From the NCBI RefSeq assembly GCF_006345805.1, contig NC_043019.1:19591360-19655359 (forward strand): a stretch of 64,000 nt of DNA. Reading direction: 5' to 3'. Positions 39,705 to 52,668 of the stretch are shown here, one piece after another. This DNA comes from Octopus sinensis. Lineage: Eukaryota. Both the position numbers and the translations under genes were made by a program. Position 1 is the stretch's first letter. Each line of letters begins with the position of its first letter. The notes beneath the pieces were generated by a model. It ran no database searches. It had not been told where the DNA came from and worked only from the letters and a program-made list of their open reading frames with translations.

Positions 39705-40967
39705 GAGGGGCGTTCAATAAGTAATGCCCCTGACCCACTTCCCATAGCAGTAGAGCAACGACACTTGGCACAGTTATTAGTCTTTTCCTACATAGGAACT
39801 ACCCAGAGTTATGCATTTCTCCCATCGTTTGATACAGCTCTGGAGACCGTTTTTGTAGAAGACCACAGCTTGGTCCTCCAACCACGACGTGACTTCAGAA
39901 ATCAAGGCTGCATCATCTGGGAAATGCTTTCCTTTCAAAATCAACTTCATGACTGGGAAGAGGTGAAAATCAGAGGGTGCAAGGGGAGGAGTTCATAGCT
40001 GCACGCCTGTGTTTCTGATCTGGCGACACGCGAGTTGTGGACTGGAGCGTTGTCCTGCAGGAGGAGGATGCCTTTGCTGATCTTGCCCCGCCTCTTGATT
40101 TTGATAGCTTCTCTTAATTTCCTCAAAAGTGAAGCATAATAGGCTCCTGTAATTGTGGTACCCTTTGCCAGGAAATCTGTCATCACTACTCCGTCCTGGT
40201 CCCAGAAGACTGTGAGCATAACCTTGTCAGCGGAGGGCTGCACCCTTGCCTTCTTTGGAGGAGGTGAGTCACGGTGCTTTCACTGCATTGACTGGGCTTT
40301 GGTCCATGGATCATAGTGATGGACCCAGGTTTTATCCTGTGTGATCAGTCTTTTGAAAAATTTTGACTCATCTTCTTGGCACATCTCCAAATTCATCCTC
40401 GAGCACTCAACGCGTTCTTGCTTCTGGAAAGGTGTGAGCAACCTCGAAATCCATCTGGCAGACACCTTTTGCATATGCAAATGGTCATGAATGATAGTTT
40501 CCACAGACCCGGTACTAATCTTGACCTTATGGGCTATTTGGCGAATAGTTATGCGTTGACCTTCCAAAATGGCAGCCTCAACTTGACGGACAGACGTCTC
40601 ATCAACGGCAGAAGGGGGCGACCAGATCTGGGAGCTGTTTCCACAGAGTTCTGACCATGTTTGAATTCATGATGCCAGCGTTTTACAAGGTCATATGATA
40701 GGGCATCATCACCATAAGTTACTTTCATTTCATCAAAAGTCTCCCGTGGTGTGCGTCCTTTCAAATACAAAAACCAGATCACTGCTCGACACTCAACAGG
40801 CTCCATTTCACACTTGACTCAGTTCAAACACCTGTAAATCAGAAACCGCAATTAGTTCAGAGCTGTAATTCGCCACTTAATCTATAGAGGTATAAATAAG
40901 TGCACATGCAAAATTTCATCAAACAATTGCAAGTGGGTCAGAGGCATTACTTATTGAACGCCCCTCG
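39704..40967 (-). mobile_element. Full-length mariner (irritans-subfamily-like), defective
   Basis: 33-bp TIRs cgaggggcgttcaataagtaatgcc(c/t)ctgaccc with 1 mismatch; TA flanks; 1264 bp. Confidence 0.95.
39777..40806 (-). pseudogene. Disrupted mariner transposase
   Basis: MEPVECRAVIWFLYLKG, RSGRP, ARWISRLLT, TQDKTW, KVMLTVFWD, QDNAPVH, LAPSDFHLF; the HPPYSPD segment is missing. Confidence 0.95.
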
Positions 40968-41192
40968 TACAATTGCAGCATGGAAGATGTTTATAAGCCA
41001 ATTAAGAACACACAAAACAAAAACAATTAGATTCACTTCAACATTTAAATTTAATTTGTGTTAAAATATTTTTGTTGCTTTGAAACTATCACCTGTTCAC
41101 TGACAAAACTTTGTGCTGCATTTGACCGTATGTGTATCGTTGATGATTTTCTTTCTCCATCTTCCCTTCCTTGGACCTTTCCTTTTTCTATG

Positions 41193-41226
41193 TTTCTGAC
41201 AAAGAGCTCCGCTCAAAACGTTAAAT
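41193..41226 (+). ncRNA. Decayed minimal hammerhead in a PLE-like terminal sequence
   Basis: ttt CTGACAA agagc-tcc-gctc AAAA cg tt aaa; both core defects are CG-to-CA changes. Confidence 0.45.
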
Positions 41227-41353
41227 CCTCCTTCTTTCTTTCCTTTCCTGAGCATCCAATAACACTATACTTGTTTCACCTCCTCACGTTGTTGTGTTTT
41301 CTCTTTGTTCATGTTTGTAGTAACTATATACATATATATATATATATATATAT

Positions 41354-41391
<38 letters not shown>

Positions 41392-41393
41392 GA

Positions 41394-42497
41394 CTAGAGA
41401 CCGAGACCTATGGAAGTATGCTGTGCGTGAGAAGACCCGGCAAGACTAGTCAGGCCATAACCCGTGGCCCCTACCTAGGACGTAGTCAGTCCACCTGTGC
41501 ATGCCTTCCTTCTTGTGACACTTGTGAAGACCTGTTGAGGCAAGTGAAAATCAAACAAAATCAAAATAGATGAACATCAATGGAATTTGTATCTTTGTGG
41601 TACCAGTGCTGGTGGCATACAAGAATACCATCCGAACGTAGGCGTAGCCAGTACTGCACCGACTGGCCTCCATGCTGTGGGCACGTAACAATCACCATCC
41701 AATCGTGGCCGATCGCCAGCCTAATCTGGCTCCTGTGTCGGTGGCACATAAAAAAACACCATCCGAGCGTGGTCGTCTGCTAGCCTTGTCTGGCACCTGT
41801 GTCGGTGGCACATAAAACACCATCCGAGCTTGGCCGTTCGCCAGCCTCGTCTGGCACCTGTGTCGGTGGCACATAAAAAAAACACCATCCGAGCGTGGTC
41901 GTCTGCTAGCCTTGTCTGGCACCTGTGTCGGTGGCACATAAAAACACCATCCGAGCGTGGCCGTTCACCAGCCTCGTCTGGCACCTGTGTCGGTGGCACA
42001 TAAAAACACCATCCGAGCGTGGTCGTCTGCCAGCCTTGTCTGGCACCTGTGTCGGTGGCACATAAAAACACCATCCGAGCGTGGCCGTTCACCAGCCTCG
42101 TCTGGCACCTGTGTCGGTGGCACATAAAAAAAACACCATCCGAGCGTGGTCGTCTGCTAGCCTTGTCTGGCACCTGTGTCGGTGGCACATAAAAACACCA
42201 TCCGAGCTTGGCCGTTCGCCAGCCTCGTCTGGCACCTGTGTCGGTGGCACAAAAAAAAACACCATCCGAGCGTGGTCGTCTGCCAGCCTTGTCGTCTGGC
42301 ACCTGTGTCGGTGGCACATAAAATCACCCACTACACTCTCGGAGTGGTTGGCGTTAGGAAGGGCATCCAGCTGTAGAAACACTGCCAGATCTGACTGGCC
42401 TGGTGCAGCCTTCGGGCTCCCCAGACACCAGTTGAACCGTCCAACCCATGCTAGCATGGAAAGCGGACGTTAAATGATAATGATGATGATGATGATA
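41394..42497 (+). mobile_element. RTE LINE 3' end containing a tandem expansion
   Basis: DRDLWKYAVREKTRQD*, family UTR and (GAT)n tail. Confidence 0.9.
41703..42322 (+). repeat. ~60-bp tandem array, 10 units alternating two variants (120-bp higher-order repeat)
   Basis: A units ggtcgtctgc(t/c)agccttgtc alternate strictly with B units ggccgttc(g/a)ccagcctcgtc. Confidence 0.95.
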
Positions 42498-42511
42498 TAT
42501 ATATATATATA

Positions 42512-43058
42512 TATACAGTAGCTGAGTATCCTGCCATTGCCAGGTAATTTTAACAATAGATGTCTTGGCAGACTGTCAGAATAGCAGACCCACTTAAGTT
42601 AGAGCTTCTCCACTTTGACAGGGATTTTCTATTTTTATGGAACGATGATGCTGTGGTCCATTGCTGGGATTTAAGCAACAACAAAAAGAAAATTTGTAAT
42701 TTAAATGTTTAATCCCACACCCCATACCTAGCAAGTGTGTGTGTGTATAAGAAAAAGCATATCTACTAATAGAAAAGTATACTACTAAACTAGAGAGTGA
42801 GAAATAGTGTAATAAAAAAATGAAAGAGATAGATAAATAGAGATCTTTTCTGATGCTTTAAATTTAAAAATGAAGTGAAAATTTTCAAATTTGGTGTATA
42901 CTTTTCCACTCTAAATCTGAGTTTGTGATAGATTTATTCCTGAAAATTTTAAAGAAAATGTTACAGAGAGTTAAAGTTGGATCCTTTTTACCCAATCAGA
43001 AAACAGGTTTTGTACACGATAGCTGTGATAAAAGGAAAGTAAACATTAGAAGATAAGA
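42512..43058 (+). mobile_element. Possible Helitron/Helentron-type non-autonomous element
   Basis: Start agtagctgagtatcctgccattgccagg resembles the ACTAGC..ACCCGGCGTTGCCCGG start of such elements; ends agataagat. Resemblance only. Confidence 0.3.
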
Positions 43059-43119
43059 TGTAAACAAAATGAAAGCAATGCATATTCACAGAAAGATAGT
43101 GATAAAGAAGGTGGTAAAT

Positions 43120-43156
<37 letters not shown>

Positions 43157-43419
43157 TGAAAGTGAAAAATACAGAGAGAGAGAGAGAGACTGAAGGTGAA
43201 AAATAGAGAGTGTGCAATTTGTAGATCTAAAAGTCGAGTTATACCTCAAAACAAATTGTATTTTTTTCTTATTTTTTTATGAACAACATTCTCTTTGGGA
43301 CAACAAATTTCAAAAATAATGGAATTCGTTTTTCTTGAGGACCCACTGTTTCATAGCGTTTTGGGGTGAACTACACATACATAATCACATTCACACACAT
43401 TTATATAGTAGATATGCAT

Positions 43420-43790
43420 CTTTTATCTTTTACTTGTTTCAGTGAATCGACTGCGCCCATGCTGGAGCAATTCTTTGAATTGTCAAATGAATTGATCCCA
43501 GTACTTATTTTTTAAACCCGGTACTTATTCTATCAGTCGCTTTTGCTGAACAGCTAAGTTACAGGAACGTAAACACACTAACACCAGTTGTCAAACAGTA
43601 GTGGGGGACAAATACAAATACATATATACACACATCTATATATCAATGACAGGCTTCTTTCAGTTTCCATTTACCAAATCCACTCACAAGGGTTTGGTTG
43701 GCCTGAAGCTATAGTGGAAGACACTTACCCAAGGTGCCACACAATGAGACTGAACCCAGAACCATGTGGCTGGGAAGCAAACTACTTGCC
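43420..43790 (-). mobile_element. SINE family B
   Basis: tcttttatcttttacttgtttcag..cttctttcagtttcc..cccaaggtgcc..tgaaccca. Confidence 0.85.
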
Positions 43791-43804
43791 ACTGTCACAT
43801 GCCA

Positions 43805-44015
43805 TGTGTGTCTTTGTGTTTGCCACCCTTGCCCACCACTTGATAACTTGTGTTGGTTTGTTTAAATCCTTGTCATTTTGTGGTTTCATAAATGAAAATG
43901 ATAGAAAAAGCATCTGACTGCAAAAAAATGTCCCCAGGTTGATTTGCTGCACAAAACCCGTCATGGCTGTGCCCCAGCATGGCCACAGTCCAATGACAAA
44001 CAAGTAAAAGATAAA
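43805..44015 (+). mobile_element. SINE family B 3' part
   Basis: ..ccccagcatggccacagtccaatgacaaacaagtaaaagataaaag. Confidence 0.7.
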
Positions 44016-44029
44016 AGGATTTATACTCA

Positions 44030-44545
44030 CTAAAAGACACAGTTTCTAATGCCAACCTGTTTCGCAAGTGTAAGATTGGTGGAACCGAGAGCTTCCTTAT
44101 GCAGTCGCATTTGCACTGGGCTGGCCATGTCATCAGAATGAGTGACAAAAAAATACCCAAAGTCCTCAAGTCCAGCCAGCTTGACAGTGGACACAGGAAT
44201 GTTGGTTGAGCATGGCTCAAATATAAGGACAAGCAGAAGAGTAACCTCTCAGCAGTCAAGATGGTTCACAGCACTTTTGAGCAAACAGCCTTGGAGTGAA
44301 AATGGTATAAGAAACTTTGTTGCAATCAGCATTAACAAGCTGAGGGGTGCAAGACAAAGGAGAAATGTGACTGCAAATACCCTGCCTGCACTGACCCATG
44401 ATCCTCATACTTGCAGCATCTGTGGGCTTCTTTGTAAATCATTGGCAGGACTCAAATGTCTCATGCGACATAAATATTGTTACTGGCAGAGAAAGAATAG
44501 GTTTTCAGATCCGCATACATCGAAACTAATGGGAGACTCCAACAT
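44030..44545 (+). mobile_element. RTE (BovB/RTE-1-like) C-terminal fragment
   Basis: HLHWAGHVIRMSDKKIPK and CSICGLLCKSLAGLK..RH. Confidence 0.8.
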
Positions 44546-44549
44546 ATAT

Positions 44550-44649
<100 letters not shown>

Positions 44650-44689
44650 CTTACATATAAGAGAACAAAGGAAAAACTTTTATTGTTTT

Positions 44690-44960
44690 TTTGTATTATT
44701 TTTTCATTTATATTCGTGTAACATCGTCCGTTTTTCCGTCCTTGTTTCGTATACATTCAATGCTTTCTTCCAAGGAATCTAATGCTCTTAGCTTAGTTTT
44801 TCCTTGGGGCTGGCCAAATTGGAGCAATCTCAAGATTAATCAGCTGAAATTGCGAGGATGATCTGGTTCTTGACTGATTTTAAAGGCTTCGAATGACCCG
44901 TCCGTGTTTTTTTTATCATGTCTGGATGTTTTGCGTTCTTGTCCCATTTTGTATTTTTTT
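44690..44960. mobile_element. Repeat shared in inverted orientation with 60975-61165 (PLE-terminal-like)
   Basis: cttggggctggcca(a/g)attggagca..gatctgg..gactgat..cgaatgaccc occurs at both loci. Confidence 0.65.
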
Positions 44961-45689
44961 ATATATATATATATATATATATAGCGGTGTACGTACACTT
45001 TGTTCTCTTATACATTTCACTAAATTTTGTTCGACTTCTTCAACACTCTCTCCCCCCTCTCCCACTTTCCTTTGCCTTTCTCACTTTGCACTTCACTATG
45101 TCCCAGTCTCTCTCTTTTTTTCTTTACTTTATCAACTCCAAAAGAATGAAAGCAAAGTTGACCAATATTTAAACTCAGAATGTAAAGAGCTGGAAGAAAT
45201 ACGAAAAAGCTTTTTATTTCTGAATGTGTTCACGATTCCGCTGGCTCCACTGCCTTAGACAGACACTTCACTCGATATCTGTAGAGTTTATTATTTTTAC
45301 ACCTTGTTCTAAGTTTATTTGTAGTTGACTGCTCTAATTTTCATTATTTTACTTATATGACTTTACTCACAATGTACGACATAGTTTTATTCATTGTAGT
45401 CTTAATAGTTCTAAATAAACCTTTTATCTTTTAGTTGGTTCAATCAATAGACTGTGGCCTTACTGGGGCAACATCTTGAAGTGTTCAGTTGAACAAATTG
45501 ATCAAACTATTTATGTTTTAAGTCTGGTATTTATTTTATTGGTTGTGTTTGCCAAACTATTAACTTACATGGATGTGACATACATTAACACAAAGACACA
45601 CACACACACACATACATGCGTGCATGCATACATACATACATACATGCATGCATGATGGCCGTCCAACATACATACATACGTTCCCAGTA

Positions 45690-46380
45690 TGGTGTAGGAA
45701 GTGTATAGGGTTTAGTGGTTTCAATTGAAGAGTTAGTGGTGTTCTGTATTGAGTTGGGTGTTCATATTTAGTTGGGGGAGAAATTTATTGATGAAAAATG
45801 CCTCTTTATTCAACCTTGCCAGGAATCTTAATCCCAATTTCTAAATATTTCCCTTTTACCAATGTTCACAGAACACCACAATGCAACAAAGGTTGACTAC
45901 AGGGGCATTTTTCATCAATAAATTTCTCCCCCAACTAAATATGAACACACAACTCAATACAGAACACCACTAACTCTTCAATTGAAACCACTAAACCCTA
46001 TACACTTCCTACACCACTCACATCTCTAAATCCAGAACTACTTACCTCCCTTACAAATAATCTTTTTTCTCAGGAACTATTAAACCTGACACCGTGTATT
46101 AACCGTTGTTGTTCAAACGATGAATAGCTTTGCGTAAACCATGGTCCGTTTTGTTCTCTTACTTTATTATCATCTTATAATCATCTCATAATAATGACTT
46201 TTATGACTCGTATTACTACCTCAGTCAATCTAAATGTATATATTTGTCTTTACCTGTCATAAATAGCCTTTTTTCTATTTGCAATATGCATTTTCGTTGA
46301 TTTTTCATATTTTACCCTTACATTTCCACGTGTATTTTATATTTCCTTTTCGTAACATATTTCTACTCTATATATATATA
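45690..46380 (+). mobile_element. PLE 3' remnant with inverted terminal duplication (arms 45690-45802 / 45904-46016)
   Basis: 113-bp arms, 1 mismatch seen; QRLTTGAFFINKFLPQLN resembles the GIY-YIG end motif ExxFIxxxxPxLN. Confidence 0.75.
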
Positions 46381-46944
46381 GGTAACTCTCAGGATAACTG
46401 AGGCACATAAGTTACTATGCTGCAACAAGTGCTGGCTGTAAATTTTGACCTAAAATCAATTCCTCTCTAGTTTCATATTTGTAATCACTTAATTGCAACC
46501 TGAAATTTGAAATTTCTTATTTATTTTTTAAAATCTATTTTTTTTAAAGCTTTTCTTTGTTTTATTTTGGGATACAATATATTTTATATAGCAAAAGTTA
46601 CAATGATTGTTTCTTTGGTCACAAAATTCATAACATTTTTAACTCCACCCATTTTTTCCCAGGTGTATTTTTCCACTGTATCTTATCATGATACCAGTGT
46701 TTGTATATGCGTATAGGAGTGTGAGTGAGTGTGTGTGTTTATATATCTGTATGAGCGTGTACAAATATATATATATATGTACATACATATGTGTGTGCAT
46801 AAATGGAGATTAAGAGCTTGTGTGTTGTTTAACATTTTAAAATTTACATAGTGGAAATGTTTTTTTGTTCTTACAATCACACACTCTTAACTATATAAGC
46901 ATATACATACATACAAACATGCACACACACACACACACATGTAT

Positions 46945-49025
46945 CAACATCATCGTCATTTAACATTTGCTTTCCATGCTGGCATGGGTTGGATAGTTTG
47001 GTTGAGGACTGGCAAGCTGGGAGGCTGCACCAGGCCCCAATCTGACTTCATAAGGTTTCTACAGTTGGATGCCTTTCCTAACGCCAACCACTCTGAGAGT
47101 GTAGTGAACGCTTTTTATGTGCCACTGGTACAGGAGCCAGTCAGGTGGTACTAGCATTGATCATGCTTGAATGTTGCTTTTTATATGTCCCTGGCACAGA
47201 TGCCAGTCAGGCAGCACTGACATCAGCCATGCTAAAATGGTGTGTTCATGTTTTTTATCTACCTTCCTACTTACTAAGACTTTGGCTAGACCTTGCTTCC
47301 ACACCCGAAACTTCTTCTCTAGTTCTGGCAGTGACTCAGCTATTAGAGCAAGGTCATCACAATGGAGGAGCTCTCAGGGGCAGCCTGTCTTGAATTCCTC
47401 TGTTATTGCCTGGAGGACTATGATGAATTAGAGGGGGCTGAGGACTGAACCTTGGTGGACCCCTACTTCTACCGGGAATTATTCAGCATACTCAGTGCCA
47501 ACCCCTACTTTACTGACAGTATCCTTATATGTGGCTTGTACAGCACTCACCAACTACTCACCTATTCCTAGTTTCCACATTGACTACCAGATAAGGGATC
47601 AGGGGACCCTGTCAAAGGCTTTCTCCATGTCAGCAAAAGCCAAGCACAGAGGTTTATCTTTAGTTAGGAATTTCTCCTGCAGCTGTCTTACCAGAAATAT
47701 AGCATCAGTGGTGCTTTTTCCTGGCACAAACCCAAACTGCATCTCATCTAGACTGACTCTCTCCCTAATTAGTTGGGCTATGACCCTCTACGTGACCTTC
47801 ATTACCTGATCCAACAACTTGATACCTCTGTAATTATATCTATATAATGCATCACCTTCACCTTTGTAGCAGTGATTCCTGATGGGCCAGGGGCTTAACC
47901 TGTCTTCATACTCTTAATTGCTTTATCTACCAAAGTACTGTCAGTTTGAATAGCTAGTCCCTCCATTGGGTTGACATTTGATAGACTCTCTTTCTCCCAT
48001 TCATTCTCTTCATTTAGCAATTCTTCATAGTGGTGTCTCCATGTCTCTCTCTTTGCAGCCTCATTAAATGCAAGTGAGCCATCATCCATGCAGACACATT
48101 TCTCGACATTACGGTTCTCTTTTACATACTGTCTTGCAATTTGAAACATTTCAAGTCCCTGGCCCTCACAACACAGAACATTGGCAAATTTTTCTTATCT
48201 GCTTCCCCTCTGACTAAATAAACTTGTTTCCTAGCTTCCCTTCTGGCAATCTGATACAGTTCTCTGCTACTATCATTCTTCCAGTCCTTCCGTGCCTGTT
48301 TCTTTTCCCTAATGGCCCTGTCAACTACATTGTTCCACCACCATGTTACCTTAGGTCAAGAGGGGACTTTGCACCAGCCACAGAACTGGTCAGTGGCCCT
48401 CAACAGGATGCTATATCTTTCTCTTTTTCATCAAAAGCTTCAAGTAATACCTCTCTAAATCTCTGTCCATTCACAGAATCCTTAAGCTTCCAGACCCTTC
48501 TTTTCCATGCTGGTCATCTTCTGGGCAGTCATTTAGCCCTGATCCTGAAGTCGCTAACTACTAACCTATGCTGTGGGCTGTATTCTTCACTTGGGAATGT
48601 TTTGGCATTTATAAGTAACCCTCTTTCTTATTTCTCGGCGAGAATGTATTCAATCTGATTTGTGTACCCACCAGACTGGTAGGTGAACAGGTGACTGGCA
48701 TGCTTCCTGAAGATCATTTGCATCACAGAACTCCTGCAGCCTGAACCAAATCCATACTCACCATGTACACCAGGGACACTCCCTACATGTTGTCCAACAT
48801 GTCCATTGAAGTTGCCAGCCACAAAGAGAAGGTCCCTGTCATTCGTCGACATGGTAGTCTGCAAGAGGGTGTCATAAAATCGGTCTTTCTGTTCATCAGG
48901 TGACCCTGGCTGAGGAGCATAGGCTGATATAATGGCTGCTAATCCTTGTTGCAGCACTAGTCTAAGCTTAAGCATTCTATCACAGACTCTGGCTACCTCG
49001 ATTATCTTATCAACACATTTCTCTG
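46945..49025 (-). mobile_element. RTE LINE (APE + RT N-half joined to 3'UTR)
   Basis: ISAYAPQ..FYDTLL..GNFNGHVG; STTDAIFLVRQLQEKF..FADMEKAFDRVP; tail at the left. Confidence 0.9.
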
Positions 49026-49235
49026 CAAGAAGTATATCTTTATATATATATTTATATCTTTATATATACCTGAGTAAGCACTTAATTGTGAAACAAGGTG
49101 GGTAAAAATAGTACTTGAATACCAGAATTAGAGTAAGAGGTTTTATCATTAAAGCTGCAAAAATATCACAAAAACTGCTCCTCAGGAGTAGCAGCTTTTC
49201 TGATGTTTTTGCAGCTTTAATGATAAAGTATCTTT

Positions 49236-49530
49236 ATCATCATCATCATCATCATTTAATGTCTGTTGTCCATGCTGGCATGGGTTGAATGGTTTGATTG
49301 GGGCTGGTAAGCTGGAAGGCTGCACCAGACTCCAGTCTGATTTGGCATGGTTTCTATGGCTGGATGCCCTTCCTAATGCCAACCACTCCGAGAGTGTAAT
49401 GGGTGCTTTTATGTACCACCAGCATGGGTGCCATTTGCGTGACACCAGTATCTGCCATGACTGCAATTTTGCTCAGCTTGAAGGATCTTTTTCTCAAGCA
49501 TGACATAATACCAAAGGTCAAAGGAACTTA
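49236..49530 (-). mobile_element. RTE 3'UTR/tail fragment
   Basis: (CAT)n followed by the family UTR. Confidence 0.85.
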
Positions 49531-49549
49531 TCCACTTTTCCTCTGTTAC

Positions 49550-49617
<68 letters not shown>

Positions 49618-49759
49618 ACATGTGTCTGTGCATGTGTGTGTAAAGAAAATTTCAGGTTTGGTCCCAATGTATCGAACCTTGTTTCTTCTGCTATAGCTCC
49701 AGGCAGTCCAGAGTCTTGTGGGTGCATTTGGCAGACAGAAACTAAAAGAAGCCTATTAT

Positions 49760-50420
49760 ATCATCATCATCCTCCTCATCATCGTCATCATTTAACTTCT
49801 ACTCTCCATGCTGGCATGGGTTAGATGATTTGGCTGGAGCTGATGAGCTGGGGAGCTACACTGGGTTCCAGTCTGACTTGGCATGGTTTCTACAGCTGGA
49901 TGTCCTTCCTAATACCAACCACTCCAAAAGTGTAATGGATGCTTTTATGTGCCATTCACATGACATCGGTGACAACCATGACTACAATTCACAGGTGGGT
50001 GCCATTTATATTGCACCAGCAATAACCTTGACTATGAGGCACAGGTGCCACGTGCCTGATACTGGCAGTGACCATGACTGATGGCTGACATTTGCATGAC
50101 ATCGTCAATGTCCATTATCCCTGGGTGCCGATTTACATGGCACCGCTGATGACCATAACTACGCTGCATGCATGTCATTAACATGGCACCAGCATTGACC
50201 ATGATGATTCACAGATGCCATTTACCTGGTGCCATCAATGACCACGATTACGATGCATGGGTGCCATTTACATTGCACTAACAGTGACCATGGTTATGAT
50301 TTGTGGGTGCTATTTGTATGGCACCAGCAACGGCCATAACTATAATGCACAGGTGCTATTTACATGATTATGGTTTCACCTGGCCTGACGAGTCTTCTCA
50401 CACATAGCACGGCCTTTGAA
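49760..50420 (-). mobile_element. RTE 3'UTR/tail with old tandem expansion
   Basis: Tail at the left; roughly ten degenerate ~45-bp units at 49948-50375. Confidence 0.75.
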
Positions 50421-50955
50421 CGTTGGGCCTCACTGAGGCAACGACATGTGACCAAGATCTTTGGAGATATGCTGTGCTTGAGAAGACCTGGCAAGCCAAA
50501 TGAGACTGTAACCGTGACCTATGCAAGTGCTGCGTAACCAGCCCATTTAAGAGAACCCTTCAATCATTGGGCAATAAACTGTGCTTGCAAAGACCTGTTG
50601 AGTCAAGTGAAGTCGTTGTCATGGCTGCTGATAGTACTGCCCGATTGGCACCTGTACCGGTGGCACATAAAACGTACCATTTGAGTGTGGTCGATACTAG
50701 TGCCGGCTGAATGGTCCCGTGCCGGTGGCACATAAAAGCACCATTTGAGCATGGTCATAGCCAGTGCTGCCAGTGGCACGTAAAAAGCCCCCACTACACT
50801 CTCAGAGTGGTTGGCATTAGGAAGGGCTTCCAGCTGTAGAAACATTGCCAGCTTGGATCGGAGTCTGGTGCAGCCTTCTGGCTTGCCAGTCCCCAGTCAA
50901 ATCATCCAACCCATGCCAGCACGGAAAGTGGACATTAAACGACGATGATGATATG
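50421..50955 (+). mobile_element. RTE 3' end, back-to-back with the preceding copy
   Basis: gatctttggagatatgctgtgcttgagaagacc, UTR modules, then ggacattaaacgacgatgatgat. Confidence 0.85.
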
Positions 50956-50957
50956 TA

Positions 50958-50988
<31 letters not shown>

Positions 50989-51629
50989 ATAAATTGTCAA
51001 GTCTACATCATTGGCCTGTTTGATTACCTCTGACACTCCTATCATTCAGCCCTCTCATTACACAACCCTTCATCATTTCTCTTTCTATCACCCATACCAT
51101 TGTCACCCATGTTTCTATTACTTAAACTGGTGCCTCTCATATTTCTCATACTCATCTCCTTTTACTGCTCATCTCTCACTCACCCTCTCCTCTTCACAAT
51201 CTCAACTCTATTGTGCTCCACTCTGACCATATACAGAAGTCTATCTTCTCTGTTTGCTGGACAGTGCTTCCACTGTAGCTCAAAATCCCTACACCTACTT
51301 AACCCTTTCATCAACACTCCACCTCCCTTATCACCCTTATTCTCTTACCCCTCTTGAGACATATGCTTCAAGGAACCTCGTCAATGCTACATATACCCAA
51401 TGCAATCAATCTACCCATATTCTCCACTAGGTATTTAGTTACAACCTCTATCATTCACCCTCAGCATTTATCTATGCCTTGCTATCCATCATGCTCTCAC
51501 TCTGATCTTTTTTATTGTAACCCTATCAATAGGGTCACAATAAAATACACCCAAGTCACTTAGTTACATGTGGAATTGAGGTGTCTCTTTAGCCTTGTCA
51601 AAGATATGTTAAACTCCCTTAACACTGGT

Positions 51630-51652
51630 CTGATGAGAATTGTACCCAGTTC
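51630..51652 (+). other. 5' half of a hammerhead truncated by an RTE tail (51653-51815)
   Basis: CTGATGA gaatt-gtaccc-agttc forms stem II, but GAAA is replaced by RTE sequence. Confidence 0.35.
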
Positions 51653-52558
51653 ACTCGAGGTTGCTTTTAGGGAAGGCATCTAGCCATAGAAACCATGTCC
51701 AGAATGAAGTTTATGACGGAGATGTGATCCTCTAACCTTCCTGGAAGAGCAGTAATGACTGTCCAACATCCACCGGCAGAGAAAGTAAACATAAGATGAT
51801 GATGATGATGATGATGAATGTTTTTACACATAATTTGATAGAGAAATATAAAACTGTATGTAAAACATACATACACAAACATATTTACATACATGTGTAT
51901 AGTTACATAGATACATACACAATATACATACATATATAAATACATATATGCATAAATACAGATATACATGCAAATATACACACACACAGATAATTAAAGA
52001 CACCAGTTTATCTATTAACAAAAAAAAAATTGATTCAGTTAAGTGGAATTATGTAGGTTAAAGAGGTTTTAATTACTAATCAGAATATATAAATCCTTGT
52101 TTATTCAATGATGTTAAATGTCAGTTTATTTATTGGGGTACATCAAGTATTTTAAACATCGCAAAGTTTAGACTGTTTTTTGCAGACAAGTTATAATCAG
52201 TTATAAAAGATATTTTTCATTTCCAAGTCCCACATGAGTAGAGAAATGATGTATTATTACTTCTGTTCTGAATACGGGCATGCTAGTGATATCTAAATAG
52301 AATTGCCGTAAGACTAAAGTGATGTGAGTGGATTTGGTGAGCAGAAACTGAAATTACATGTGTGCACACATGCATGTGTGTGGGTGACCATGTGAATGGA
52401 ACAAATAAAAGAAACAAGGTGAGAGAATAGATGTTGATTCCATTTGTTTATAGCTGCATCATAAGTTATATAACAAATGCTACATCACTATCCACACATG
52501 TATAAAATATACGTATGCATCCATATATATACCGAGAAATTAACTAATAAATCAATAT

Positions 52559-52668
52559 TCAGAATGATTCCTGACAGTTCAAAACATCATCTCTACTACA
52601 GAAAGTAAGCTGAGCCAATCTAGGGCCATAGCGACAGATGTAATCATCGGGTTGTCTTGTATGATTCG
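52559..52668 (-). CDS. Speculative terminal exon of a 37-aa micro-ORF
   Basis: Pyrimidine-rich acceptor ..cttccttgcag|CG; frame ANHTRQPDDYICRYGPRLAQLTFCSRDDVLNCQESF*; no repeat homology recognised. Confidence 0.2.

Noticed and set aside
41703-42322. CRISPR-like appearance of the 60-bp array
   Set aside because: No unique spacers, eukaryotic context, and the units derive from the RTE 3'UTR.
41721-42473. 100-200 aa ORFs over the tandem array
   Set aside because: By-product of a stop-poor repeat unit.
49760-50955. Back-to-back RTE ends as a twin-priming inversion
   Set aside because: Both halves have their own outward 3' tail, which fits two insertions better.
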